In this document: piece by piece, positions 26,017 through 39,894 of the stretch | Layout: every line of letters starts with the position of its first letter | Position numbering within the stretch: the stretch's first letter is position 1 | Notes under the pieces: model-generated | What the model saw: the letters and a program-made list of their open reading frames with translations, nothing else | Databases searched by the model: none | Told to the model about the DNA's origin: nothing | Made by a program: the position numbers and the translations under genes | Assembly: GCA_964016885.1 (NCBI GenBank) | Contig: OZ024757.1 | Span: forward strand, 20,522,001 to 20,586,000 | Source of the DNA: Eledone cirrhosa | Taxonomy: Eukaryota | Direction of reading: 5' to 3' | DNA length: 64,000 nt

Positions 26017-26548
26017 TACACACACACACACATACATATATATTGTTTGAATTCCATTGTTTTCAACAATGTGTGAGCCAGTGCATTCAATCAACGGACC
26101 TCTGCCTGTGAAATTAACATGTGTCTGAGCATTCAACATCGTTCTCAGGGAGATTCAGCATGAATGTGTGACATGGCTAGCCCTTCAAACTACAGGTACA
26201 ACCACTTTTGCCATCTGAATGGAATGGAATGGAGCAACACAACACCTGATCTGAGTGTTGACCTCATGAACTTATAATCATGAATGGAAAAAACTCTAAT
26301 CAATACACCATATACCTTCACACACACACACACAGAATATGTAGACAAGCTCAAACGCAGAAAATGATTATAAAGACAGTCATTTGCTATAGTAGCTTAG
26401 AAAACTGATCTCCTATAGACAGGAAAATATGGCATGTTTATACGTCTATAAGCGGATTTTAACCCATTTTCTAAGCTATTATTTAAAGATAGCTGTCGAC
26501 ATACTAGACAGCCTCTTCAGTAAGATCTTGGAGAAGGAAAATCTCCTG

Positions 26549-28128
26549 ACTAGATATGTAGTCTATAGCATAAGACGTACAGAGGGTACTTGCAAAAACA
26601 TGACAGCAACATACATAGGTGAGACAACTCGTAGCATAGGAGAAAGAATAGACCAACACAGGGGGGGGGGGGGGGGAACTAAAAGGATGAAAAAACGGTT
26701 CAGTACTATACGAACACTCCAGACAAACATGATGGTAATATAGACAATATAGGAATTAAAATAATATCTAAACATAGAAATGACTCAACAGGTAGACAAA
26801 TCAGAGAAGCAACTGAAATAGAACTAAGAAAACCAAAGTTGAACAGAAAAAAACAAATGGAATAATAACAATAACCATACTCAAACACACAATACTGACC
26901 TAAGGTAAATATAAATAAATAAATAAATATATACACAAGTACAATAACAACAAACACACATAAACACACACTAGTGAACAAAGATAGAATACAAAAACAC
27001 AGACTCAAACATGAACACACACGCAAACAGAAAACACACACGCAAACTGAGACAGAGACAAAATGGCGTAGACATTACAATACAACAGGAGGAAACAATA
27101 GTACCACTGATGATGTCACAGATGTGTGACAAAATAACTTTGATAGACTATATATATATGTGTAGATTTATATCTGCATTTTAAACTGTTGGTCAATCAA
27201 TGATATATTTATATCTGTATTTTTAAATGTTGGTCAATCAATGATATATTTATATCTGTATTTTTAACTGCTGGTCAATCAATGATATATTTATATCTGT
27301 ATTTTTAACTATTGGTCAATCAATGATATATTTATATCTGTATTTTTAACCATTGGTCAATCAATGATATATTTATATCTGTATTTTTAAATGTTGGTCA
27401 ATCAATGATATATTTATATCTGTATTTTTAAATGTTGGTCAATCAATGATATATTTATATCTGTATTTTTAAATGTTGGTCAATCAATGATATATTTATA
27501 TCTGTATTTTTAAATGTTGGTCAATCAATGATATATTTATATCTGTATTTTTAACCATTGGTCAATCAATGATATATTTATATCTGTATTTTTAACTGCT
27601 GGTCAATCAATGATATATTTATATCTGTATTTTTAACTGCTGGTCAATCAATGATATATTTATATCTGTATTTTTAACCGCTGGTCAATCAATGATATAT
27701 TTATATCTGTATTTTTAACTGCTGGTCAATCAATGATATATTTATATCTGAATTTTTAAATGTTGGTCAATCAATGATATATTTATATCTGTATTTTTAA
27801 CTGTTGGTCAATCAATGATATATTTATATCTGTATTTTTAACTGTTGGTCAATCAATGATATATTTATATCTGTATTTTTAACTGCTGGTCAATCAATGA
27901 TATATTTATATCTGTATTTTTAACCGCTGGTTAATAATGATAAACATTGATTGCCAAATAACTTCACTATGGAGATATAAGAGATACAGAAGTGAAAACC
28001 AATCCAAACCAAACAGTGAGTGTGTTCTATTATTATTTCTGGCAATATCATAATATTATGACCCTCCCCAAATATAACAACATTTGTTTCAACACACGAT
28101 TTCATATCAAAAACCTTGAAAAACAAAC
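26549..28128 (+). mobile_element. 3' portion of a Penelope-like element: GIY-YIG, 3' UTR and pseudo-LTR with hammerhead motif and internal minisatellite
   Basis: YVVYSIRRTEGTCKNMTATYIGETTRSIGERIDQH; CTGATGA-tgtcaca-gatg-tgtgac-aaaa at 27107; colinear with the minus-strand copy at 45677-46955. Confidence 0.85.
27167..27935. repeat. 41-bp tandem repeat, about 19 copies
   Basis: Unit atatttatatctgtatttttaaatgttggtcaatcaatgat. Confidence 0.95.
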
Positions 28129-28387
28129 ATATAAATACATATACACATACATAATACTGAAATAAAATGTACAGAATATAATTTTAATAAGTTTAGCTAG
28201 AAGATAAGGATTTTTTTAATAAATGACATATCCTAAAAAAGAACATAGTTTTCTGATTTTTAAACTGTGCAGAAATTCCTATAAACACATCAGTAAATGA
28301 CTCTGACACACACACAATCATATATATATGTATGTGTGTGTATTGAAATCGAAGCTTCACCATAATATTTTGACTACATAGTCTAAT

Positions 28388-28580
28388 AATTGTTTCTACT
28401 TTAGGCACAAGGCCAGCAATTATCCCAGTGTATTACTGGTACTTTATTTTATCGACCCCCGTAAGGATGAAAGGCAAAGCTAACCTCGGCGGGATTTGAA
28501 CTCAGATCATAAAGGACCGTAACTCTATGCTGCAAAGCATGTCGTCCGACTCTCTACCGATTCTGCCAATTCACCGCCCT
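28388..28580 (-). mobile_element. SINE A inserted in a MITE
   Basis: TSD acatagtctaataat at 28376 and 28581. Confidence 0.9.
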
Positions 28581-28746
28581 ACATAGTCTAATAATGAGGC
28601 ATATAAACCCATTGACTGTTCAGAGGATTTATAAGCCCCTTTATTAGACTATATTATATGGTCAAAATATTACAGCGAAGCCTCTATTTATATTTATAAT
28701 ACCAAACTTCACTCACCATGTTCCAAACATACTTTCTTTTTATATG

Positions 28747-28805
<59 letters not shown>

Positions 28806-29391
28806 TAATCCATATACATATTATCAGAAGATAATATTAACAAAATGAAATATAATTCACAATATCACTGAACCAAATATGGTGATAATAATATAAAGAG
28901 TGCAACAAGTAATTAAACAATTTTGAAACAAGATCACCATCCATGACCATCACTATGACCAACATCACTGTAACCACCAACACCATTACAATGCCACTGC
29001 CTACGCCCCATTCAAATACACACAAAACCATACCAAAACAAATTAAATTAAATTAAAAGCAATAAAGAAAAATGAAATGTGAAAAAATGTGTGATGAGGT
29101 GATGTGCAATGTTTTCAAGAAGGAAATAATAGCATTTGAATAAAAGACACACAATAAAGACCAATGAAGCTGTGAGGGCAATAAAGTGGTGAAACAAGTG
29201 GGAGCTAAATGAAAAATTGCATCATTAATCAATTAATTACCCCTCATAAAAAAAAAAATAATGAACGAAAAATATTAAAGTGACAAATGAACTTGAATTA
29301 TGTAGCTTATATAAGGAGCAAGGATCAGCTGCAACACAGAAAGCTCAGGTGAATTCCAAGATGATGATTTTACACACACACAGTGATTTGT

Positions 29392-29439
<48 letters not shown>

Positions 29440-29459
29440 CTATATATATATATATATAG

Positions 29460-29493
<34 letters not shown>

Positions 29494-29523
29494 GTATATA
29501 CTCATATATGAATGTATATATAT

Positions 29524-30844
29524 AAGGTGCATCCGAATTTTGAGGACACCTCTTTTTTGAGCTCTAAGTTTCTTATTACTAATTTGTTTCTTTTGTTAAT
29601 TTTTCAGATAAATAAGGTCAGACATTAAATTGATTCAGCAAATGAAAAGGCGCGCTGTAATGGCTGCCTTAAAAGCACAGCATAGTGATACAGCAATAGC
29701 TTCCTTCTTGAAAGTTGTCCAATCCTTTGTTATCAATGGTAGAAAGGACTTGGAAGCGGCTGATGGGGATCCAACATCAGCAGCCAAGCGCAAAATGAAC
29801 GCACAAGGTCCTAATACAACCAGAACACTGAAGTTTGTAAAAAAAAAAAATTCAAATTGATAAAACCCCAGGAAAGTCATTCAGAGGTATTGCAATGGAC
29901 CTTAAGGTTTCAGAACATACCATTAGAAGTGTTGTCCATGAAGACATCTGTTGCAAGTCATATGTGACGTGGAGAGGCCAGTTTATGTTGGATGGGACAA
30001 AAGAAAATCGTTTGGTCCATGCAAAGCGTTTGCTGAATAAGATAAAACATCAAGAAGCTGGAATGCTCTCGTTCTTTTCTGATGAGAAAAACTTTGATCA
30101 GGACCAAAAGGTAAACAAAAGGAATGATAGATGGGTATGCAGAGACCCAAATGAGGTTCAAGTGGTCATGTACACCAAATTTCCAGTGACTGTGATGGTT
30201 CTGGGTGCCATCAGCAACAAAGGAGATGTCATGCCTCCTCACTTTTTCTCAAGGCTTAAGAGTCAATACTTGTTTCTACCTTAGGCACAAGGCCAGCAAT
30301 CACCCAGTGCATTACTGGTAGTCAATACTGCTGTCTACTAAGAGGTGTTGAGACAGTTATGAAGACCAGGATAGACAGAGTAAGCAAAGGAAGACCGTCT
30401 GTCTTCCAACAAGACTCTGCGTCTCTCATAAGGCCAGAACGACACAAGCATGAATGCGTGTGACAATCTCCATGACCATGTTCTTCCACACACACACGGC
30501 CTCCTAGCTCACTATACCTCAATCCCCTGGACTATTGTGTATATGGCGTAGTTGAGAGTGAGAGTGGTCAATCATCACCCTCACAACACTACAGAATCTC
30601 TCAAGTCTGACATTACCAGTACAATGTCCAGTATTGATAGAGGTCATCTGATTCAGGCATGTCAATGTTGAGACCCCATATTGAAGCAGCCATTGAAGCT
30701 AACAGATCATTAATTGGATAGATATCATAAATGTATTGGAAACAATATTTGTACCAATTTGTATCTAAATATAGCATTTCTTTAATGTGCTATGTATCTT
30801 TTTCTACATGCATGCAAATATCCTAAAAACTCTGATGCACCCTG
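29524..30844 (+). mobile_element. Decayed Tc1/mariner-superfamily DNA transposon, DD37D (maT)-like
   Basis: TIRs ggtgcatccgaattttgagga / tcctaaaaactctgatgcacc in TA context. Transposase remnants FFSDEKNF, NKRNDRW, VFQQDSA and PPSSLYLNPLDY; second and third Asp codons are 117 nt apart. SINE fragment at about 30271-30319 with TSD agtcaatact. Confidence 0.88.
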
Positions 30845-32212
30845 TATATATATATGTGTGTGTGTGTGTGTATATATATGTATATGTGTGTGTGTACACA
30901 CACATATTTGCGTACTTAACAGACATGAGTTTTACATATACAAGCAATGAGTGCACTTAATCCAAGTGTTGGTAGAGTTTATGATAATAATAATACAATG
31001 AACATGGGAGTATACAAATAGGCTACACATTGTTTCATGTAATCTCGATGAATTTTTGAAAATATTTAAATCTACCCTCTACTGTACTATTTCTTGGAAA
31101 GCATCCAAAAAGAAACACTGTGACACTTCATTTGTGAAATTTGGATGAATCGTTTAGGAAATATAATTTGAATGGTTAGTGAATTGGTTGAAATCTTGCC
31201 TAATTAGGCCTAAATGAATGATTAGCCATATTTGTGAAACTGAGGTGATAATCATCTTCAAATTACACAAATTAATAATGTCCACGGGATAGCAGTTACC
31301 TATTTTTTTTCAGGTTCTTGAAAATGAAACTTTTTAGGGGGCAATTTTAAAAATATTTATGTAAAACCTATTTTGTTGAATGTAACAAACAGTCAATTTC
31401 ACGACTTAAGCAGAAGTTTTTCTTGAGTTTTCAGACCTAGCTAAATCAAAACGTACAAGCCATAAGGACTTGAGTTTTAGCATATTTGTAGTAGGTATAG
31501 AAGTAAATTTTGGAACATACTATTTTAATGGACCATTAAAAATGACTATAAACAAATTACAGTGATTAAAGGCAGTTGAAAGCTTTTCATTGTATTTGCA
31601 GACATGGTTATATTGTGATCCATTATCTGTACGGGACTCATTTTTTATACACTGGTGCAGGGCATAAAACTGAATCCTCTCTGTAAGTTTGGATTGTTAC
31701 AATACATTTTATAGGTATCCCTGTAAGAGCTCCATGGAAGGGCAACGCACACAGTTTGCTTGATCATTTTCATGTCAAAATACATCTTTTCCATGATCAA
31801 TTATATATCATTTGAAAGTTCTGGATGTGAACTTTCTTTTCATATACTTTTGATCAAAATTCAACACTTACATATCATGCTAGGTTGTGAATTCAATATG
31901 GCATTTGCTGAGCTTTGAAAGTTAACCAAAGTGTTATTAACAGTCTTTTTACAAAGTCTTAGTGATATTTATAATAAAAAAAATATTCAATTTTATTTAA
32001 TTATTAATAAAACTTTCTCAGAATTGCATGTAGATCTAGATTAAAAAACAAACAAAATGTGAAAACTAATTTCTGTAAACAAACTTGCTAGGAGAGAAAA
32101 ATAAAAAATAAAAAAAAAATACAACTTCTAGACCCCAAAATTAGCTATGAATTGTATTGAAATTGTTATTTATTCCCTGTCACTGTAGACTCCAGTTCTA
32201 GTGCTCCAGTGT

Positions 32213-34290
32213 ACTGAACTAGAATTAGCACTACCATTTAGCTGTCAAAAACACTGAACTAGAATTAGCGCTACCATTTAGCTGTCAAAAACACTGAACT
32301 AGAATTAGCACTACCATTTAGTTGTCAAAAACACTGAACTAGAATTAGCGCTACCATTTAGTTGTCAAAAATACTGAACTAGAATTAGCACTACCATTTA
32401 GTTGTCAAAAACACTGAACTAGAATTAGCGCTACCATTTAGATGTCAAAAACACTGAACTAGAATTAGCACTACCATTTAGTGGTCAAAAACACTGAACT
32501 AGAATTAGCACTACCATTTAGCTGTCAAAAACACTGAACTAGAATTAGCACCACCATTTAGCTGTCAAAAACACTGAACTAGAATTAGCACTACCACTTA
32601 GCTGTCAAAAACACTGAACTAGAATTAGCACTACCATTTAGTGGTCAAAAACACTGAACTAGAATTAGCACTACCATTTAGCTGTCAAAAACACTGAACT
32701 AGAATTAGCACTACCATTTAGTGGTCAAAAACACTGAACTAGAATTAGCACTACCATTTAGCTGTCAAAAACACTGAACTAGAATTAGCACTACCATTTA
32801 GTGGTCAAAAACACTGAACTAGAATTAGCACTACCATTTAGCTGTCAAAAACACTGAACTAGAATTAGCGCTACCATTTAGTTGTCAAAAACACTGAACT
32901 AGAATTAGCACTACCATTTAGCTGTCAAAAACACTGAACTAGAATTAGCACTACCATTTAGTGGTCAAAAACACTGAACTAGAATTAGCGCTACCATTTA
33001 GTTGTCAAAAACACTGAACTAGAATTAGCGCTACCATTTAGTTGTCAAAAACACTGAACTAGAATTAGCACTACCATTTAGCTGTCAAAAACACTGAACT
33101 AGAATTAGCGCTACCATTTAATTGTCAAAAATACTGAACTAGAATTAGCACTACCATTTAGTGGTCAAAAACACTGAACTAGAATTAGCACTACCATTTA
33201 GCTGTCAAAAACACTGAACTAGAATTAGCGCTACCATTTAGTTGTCAAAAACACTGAACTAGAATTAGCGCTACCATTTAGTTGTCAAAAATACTGAACC
33301 AGAATTAGCACTACCATTTAGTGGTCAAAAACACTGAACTAGAATTAGCACTACCATTTAGTGGTCAAAAACACTGAACTAGAATTAGCGCTACCATTTA
33401 GTGGTCAAAAACACTGAACTAGAATTAGCGCTACCATTTAGCTGTCAAAAATACTGAACTAGAATTAGCGCTACCATTTAGTGGTCAAAAACACTGAACT
33501 AGAATTAGCACTACCATTTAGCTGTCAAAAACACTGAACTAGAATTAGCGCTACCATTTAGTTGTCAAAAATACTGAACTAGAATTAGCACTACCATTTA
33601 GTTGTCAAAAATACTGAACTAGAATTAGCACTACCATTTAGCTGTCAAAAATACTGAACTAGAATTAGCACTACCATTTAGTTGTCAAAAATACTGAACT
33701 AGAATTAGCACTACCATTTAGTGGTCAAAAATACTGAACTAGAATTAGCACTACCATTTAGTTGTCAAAAATACTGAACTAGAATTAGCACTACCATTTA
33801 GTTGTCAAAAACACTGAACTAGAATTAGCACTACCATTTAGTTGTCAAAAACACTGAACTAGAATTAGCACTACCATTTAGCTGTCAAAAATACTGAACT
33901 AGAATTAGCGCTACCATTTAGTTGTCAAAAATACTGAACTAGAATTAGCACTACCATTTAGTTGTCAAAAATACTGAACTAGAATTAGCGCTACCATTTA
34001 GTTGTCAAAAATACTGAACTAGAATTAGCGCTACCATTTAGTTGTCAAAAATACTGAACTAGAATTAGCGCTACCATTTAGTTGTCAAAAATACTGAACT
34101 AGAATTAGCGCTACCATTTAGTTGTCAAAAATACTGAACTAGAATTAGCGCTACCATTTAGTTGTCAAAAATACTGAACTAGAATTAGCACTACCATTTA
34201 GTTGTCAAAAACACTGAACTAGAATTAGCGCTACCATTTAGCTGTCAAAAATACTGAACTAGAATTAGCGCTACCATTTAGTGGTCAAAA
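32213..34290. repeat. 40-bp tandem satellite, about 52 copies
   Basis: Unit actgaactagaattagc(a/g)ctaccatttag(c/t)(t/g)gtcaaaaa(c/t). Confidence 0.98.
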
Positions 34291-34840
34291 ACAAAAACTG
34301 GACAAACGTTGTAAATGTGTATTTCGACATGTAAATGATGAAGTAAAAAGTGGATTTTTGCATAGTCAAACTGTGCTTATCCTCCTTCTTAGAGGCTCTA
34401 TTGCGATACCTAGTAATTATGTAATAGTTACAGAAACAATTTGTAGTCAACATGCACCCTCGCTGTCTTAATGCTTTTTCAGGCAGGTTTCCTATGGCTG
34501 GATGCCCTTCTTACCACCAACCACTTTACAGAAAGTGTACTAAGTGCATTTATCATGTAGATCACCAACACTAGGGAGGTTGTCATGTCTTTGACGTGCA
34601 CACACACACATACAGTATATATATATATATATATTCATTTTATTACAGTTTAATAGTGAGTTATGCTACTCTGGAGTTTCACTTGTTTATCAGAGGGTCA
34701 CCAGACAAGAACATGACCCTGTGTTAAATAGGTGAAACTCCAGAGTAACAAGACTCACTATTTAGCAGTAATAAAAATGAATATTTAAATTCTACTTCAA
34801 TATTGAGTACTCTTCTCTCAACCGTCAACCACATACGGAT

Positions 34841-34874
<34 letters not shown>

Positions 34875-34997
34875 AATATATATTTATATATATATTTATA
34901 TATGTGTGTGTGTGTGTATATGTGTGTGTATGTGTGCGTGCGTGTGTAGACACACATATAGATGCCTGGAGAAGATGGATTGTATGAAAGTGTGTAC

Positions 34998-35045
34998 CTG
35001 AACGTAGCATTGGACTTAGGACTCCAGGAGGCAGCATTACTGTTT
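34998..35045 (-). CDS. Candidate 48-bp microexon of the NAV gene (NSNAASWSPKSNATFR)
   Basis: Branch-point-like cctaac followed by tatttttccttcag acceptor; donor CAG|gtacac; symmetric phase 2/2 and stop-free. Confidence 0.45.
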
Positions 35046-35188
35046 CTGAAGGAAAAATAGTTAGGTAACCACATCTAAATGAAGGCTTCATCAGAAATAA
35101 AACCAAAAGCAATTCCAGAAAAAAAAAAAAAATATATATATATATATATGAAATATAAGAATCAAAGAACTGTTCAAAACATTATTGT

Positions 35189-35233
35189 GCTTACAGCTGT
35201 TTCCTCCAAACCGAGGTTTGGATTCTTCGGAGC
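35189..35233 (-). ncRNA. Hammerhead-like motif with a variant core
   Basis: gct-CCGAAGA-atccaaacc-tc-ggtttgga-g-GAAA-cagctg-TA-agc; palindromic stem III. Confidence 0.5.
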
Positions 35234-35660
35234 AATTTATTAATGCATGGACAGTTATATGACCTCCCCTTCAGCCGAGAGACATACCAATACATATTCA
35301 AACATTGATACATATTCAAACATTGTGCTCTGTAAATCATCTGATGTTTTTACATTGAGCTACTTAACTTACTGGTAATAAGGTAGTAATACATTACTGC
35401 CTACCACTATTTAGGGTGTGTGTAAAATACTTACAACTGCTTAAGGTTTTGTGTTTACATAACCATAAATAGTATAACTAATACTATATATATATATATG
35501 TATAACGTTAAACAATAAAAGAATAAGTTAAGAATTAGTTAATTTAATCAAATGTTTTAAGATCATTTCAGAGAACGAATGTCCTTTCTTGGAGATTTTC
35601 TTCTTTTCTTTTAATCCCTAACTCCTGAGGAAGCATCATTATTGATAACATTTCTCTATA

Positions 35661-36232
35661 GGGCGGTGGATTGGCAGTATCGGTAGAGGGTCGGACGCCA
35701 TGCTTTGTAGCATAGTTACGTCCCTTTACGATCTGAGTTCAAATCCCGCCGAGGTTGACTTTGCCTTTCATCCTTACGGGGTCGATAAAATAAAGTACCA
35801 GTAATGCACTGGGTAATTGCTGGCCTTGTGCCTAAAGTAGAAACAATTAAAAGGGCGGTGGATTGGCAGTATCGGTAGAGGGTCGGACGCCATGCTTTCC
35901 AGCATAGTTACGTCCCTTTACGATCTGAGTTCAAATCCCGCCGAGGTTGACTTTGCCTTTCATCCTTACGGGGTCGATAAAATAAAGTACCAGTAATGCA
36001 CTGGGTAATTGCTGGCCTTGTGCCTAAAGTAGAAACAATTAAAAGGGCGGTGGATTGGCAGTATCGGTAGAGGGTCGGACGCCATGCTTTCCAGCATAGT
36101 TACGTCCCTTTACGATCTGAGTTCAAATCCCGCCGAGGTTGACTTTGCCTTTCATCCTTACGGGGTCGATAAAATAAAGTACCAGTAATGCACTGGGTAA
36201 TTGCTGGCCTTGTGCCTAAAGTAGAAACAATT
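35661..36232 (+). mobile_element. Head-to-tail trimer of SINE A (period 192 bp)
   Basis: Units start at 35661, 35853 and 36045; attattgataacatttct flanks the whole trimer. Confidence 0.95.
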
Positions 36233-36658
36233 ATTGATAACATTTCTAGGGCATTTTAAAATCTGGCTGAGCCCATCTTCCAGAGTTGGATAGGAAGTGA
36301 GAGAATAGATAGAGCAAGAATCAACAACTGTACACGACTGGCACACAGTCATCGACCTCAAATGGATAAAAAGCAAGGATAGCCATCAATTGGTATTCCC
36401 ATTGTTAATTTTGTCCCCCTGAAACGATCGTAAAACCTTCGATTAATTAACTACTTCATCTTCTTTCATTGTTCAACAGTATAATATACCTCTGATCCTG
36501 TAATTTTGAATACTCAACGACATACATGAGGATATCATCTTTCCACAAACAGATTTTCACTTGAGTTTGATGGAATATTTACAACACTACATCCACTTCT
36601 AAAATGGTCATAAATTTTACCCTGACTAGGTAGAACACTAAAGAGTTCATGAATATAC

Positions 36659-36713
<55 letters not shown>

Positions 36714-36715
36714 TA

Positions 36716-36896
36716 TAATTACATAATAAACAACACAATTTAATTATTCCATTACCAAAGGTTTCAGGAAACTAGACGATCCTTACAGATGAAATAGTTA
36801 TCTACTTCATCTGATGGACGTTTCTGTAAGAATCGTCTAGTTTCCTGAAACCTTTGGAAATGGAATAATTATATTGTGTTGTTTATTATGTAATTA
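36716..36896. mobile_element. Inverted-repeat element beside (TA)n; related hammerhead-bearing copy at 40966-41056
   Basis: About 73-bp inverted arms containing GAAA-cctttgg-TA. Confidence 0.7.
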
Positions 36897-36957
36897 AATA
36901 GCTCTGTGCAATACATAGAGCACTCTTTTTTCCTCTACCTTTTCTATAGAAATACTG

Positions 36958-37320
36958 AACATACACACACAAACATATACATATGTATATATATAAATAT
37001 ACACACACACACAATGTATATATATATACACACATACATATGTATATATATATACACACGCACACATATGTATATATATATACACACACACATACATATG
37101 TATATATATATATATACACACACGCACATGTATATATATATATATACACACATATACATATGTCTAATTATATATACACACACATGTATATATATATACA
37201 CACATATACATATGTATATATATATACACACACACATGTGTATATATATATACACACACACACATGTATATATACACACACACACACACATGTATATATA
37301 TATATACACACATACATATG

Positions 37321-37354
<34 letters not shown>

Positions 37355-37492
37355 TGTATATATATATACACATATACATATGTATATATATAAATATACA
37401 CACACATATATGTATATATATATACACACATATACATATGTATATATATACACACATATACATATGCATATATACACACACACACACACACA
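36958..37492. repeat. (TA)/(CA) compound microsatellite
   Basis: Directly visible. Confidence 0.95.
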
Positions 37493-37620
37493 TTTAGACT
37501 ATGTCCGCTTGATTCTTTGTTGTGAATACATTTATTATTCATCATTATATGTAAGAACATAATACAAGTTGTTTCTCAACTAGATATATGAAAGAGACTA
37601 TTTTGTATATCGTTTAAATT

Positions 37621-37654
<34 letters not shown>

Positions 37655-38402
37655 TATATATATATATTGTGTGAATTTCAGGCCTTTAGAAAATCATTAT
37701 AGGAAAAAAAATAATTTATATGCTGTGTGAATGAAAACGATGTTAATTAATTAATTTTTCATTCATTTTCTAAATAATAGCAATTCAAAAATTAATAAAT
37801 AAAAATAAATATTAAATAATGAAAATAAAAATAATAAAAGAAAATGTAAACTAATGGCAGTGCCCCAGCATGGCCTCAGTCCATTGGCTGGAACAGGTGG
37901 AAGTGTACCTTAAATATACATACATACAGAAACACGCGCACGCACACAAAAATACATAGAAACACACACACACGCACGTTATGTATTTGTGCAAGTTTCT
38001 TTTGCAAGTTGATTAAAATACATCAAATAAGTGAAAATATTGTTCATTGCTTTGAAATACATAGGTTATGTCATTTCATTAATTTTGAAAATAACCGAAA
38101 ATTTGGAGGAATTTAATAAAATAACTAACTATTAGTAAACTAATATTTAGAAACATTATTTAAATATTTCTAAAATAAAATTACAATGGAAGGTTTTAAT
38201 ATAAGTTTTGAATTATAAATCTAGAGCAGTTTCAAGTAGTTTGGTATCCAAAGAGTTAATAAGAGGATAAATAGGCGGTGATGATGGTAGTTTAAACCGG
38301 GCATGTCAAACTGAGGGTCCCCCCAAGGACCACATGGGTCACATGTGTTGTCTGAGGGTCACACATAACTAACTGCGCACATTTCGACTGATATTTTTTA
38401 TT

Positions 38403-38935
38403 TTCATCATCACTCGTCGACTACTGTCGAGATGATGGATCTCACTCTCATGCCCCAGAACCTCCTGTCCTCCATCGCTGCCCCCAGGTCCTGTCTGCTG
38501 ATTCCCGTATCCCTAGAGATAACATCAGGGAATGACAGCTTCCTACTCCTAGTCAGGCTGGAGTCAGGGTTCCAGAGCAAGAGAGGCAGATATGATTTCA
38601 TTGCTGGCACGGTGACAGTGGCCAGCAAATTGAGCTCTCCGGGATTTTAGAAGGGCAGAGGCTCGAGGGAGTTTGCCATAGATTTTAGACAAGGTGGGAT
38701 GTCGTTTACCAGGATAGGTTTTGCACTCTCATTAAGAGGCGGGTATATGTGCCATCCAATCTCCTCTCAAGTTGTGATGTTAGTGTCCAAGTTTCGGATC
38801 CATAAAGTAATATGGGCTTAATGGTTGCTTGGAATATTTCCAGTTTTAGCTTGTTGGTAAGTTGAGATGTCCATATGGCGTGCATGTCATTGCACGCTGA
38901 CCATGCCATACCCTTCCTGGTTAGAAAATCTTTTT
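38403..38935 (-). mobile_element. 3' fragment of an RTE-clade LINE (a different family)
   Basis: KLKLEIFQATIKPILLYGSETWTL...RLLMRVQNLSW, AMEDRRFW and tgatga tail. Confidence 0.88.
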
Positions 38936-39571
38936 ATTCAGAGTAATTGCTCTCTTAGATGGGTTGCCTTTGCTATGACTTATAGAGTACACATCTACCC
39001 CATGTAGACAGGCTGCCTTCTCTGCAGCTTATCAAAATAGATAACTTTAAAGAACAAACATACAAAACTTTCACCGAAACAAAATTTCTTCTTCTTTGAC
39101 CACTCAAAGAATTTGTAATATTTGAAGCTCTAGTTAAACTTTAATTAGTTACCTACCTAGCTATGTGTGATTACACACTTTACAAATTATCCCCTGTGAT
39201 TGTTTCATGTGTTTATTTTAAATATATATATATATGTCAATCAATTTCTAGTTGATATAAAATGCTCGGATCTATTCATTGGAATCTTTGAGCTTATTCT
39301 ACGGTGGATATGGCGCATGTCTTGGACATGACTCCCTTAATTTAATTTAATTAAATTTATTTCAGATATATATATATATCCGAAATAAATTAAATTAAAT
39401 TATATATATATATATATATATTTTAAAATTTTCTCATTCCTTGTATTTTGATCATGCTTTATTTTTATTTTTTATCTTTATTTGTTATTTTTTCATTCGC
39501 ACCGTTTCCTTTCGCTATATGTCTCTCCACCACTCCCCGACACACCTTTTGAACTCTGTTCCCACACACTT

Positions 39572-39612
39572 CTCACCTGAGGAAGGGCTTATGCCCGAAA
39601 CGTCGTCCCCCA
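39572..39612 (+). ncRNA. Minimal hammerhead motif of Penelope pseudo-LTR type
   Basis: CTGAGGA-a-gggc-ttat-gccc-GAAA-cgtcg-TC; helix I is poorly paired. Confidence 0.55.
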
Positions 39613-39894
39613 CCTACCCCCCACTCTCCTGAGCGTGAAATTAATAAACATTTATTGTACTGCCTCTCTGTTTTGTCCCTGTTCAAATTTTTCCATTATA
39701 TATATATAGTAATAATAATAAATTTGAAGACTAAAATCCAAAGAGGGCTCGATAAGAATAAATATATATCAAATATATAAGAACCGTAGAGCAAATATTT
39801 ATTAAAATAACAGATTAAAGTTTAAGCAAAGAATCGCTGCTTTCACCCCTATTGGGATCTTCTGAAACTCAGAAGATTCCGTTTAATATAGATG

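Noticed and set aside
32213-34290. CRISPR array (also considered for 27167-27935 and 58365-60510)
   Set aside because: Contiguous tandem units without unique spacers, no cas genes, eukaryotic context.
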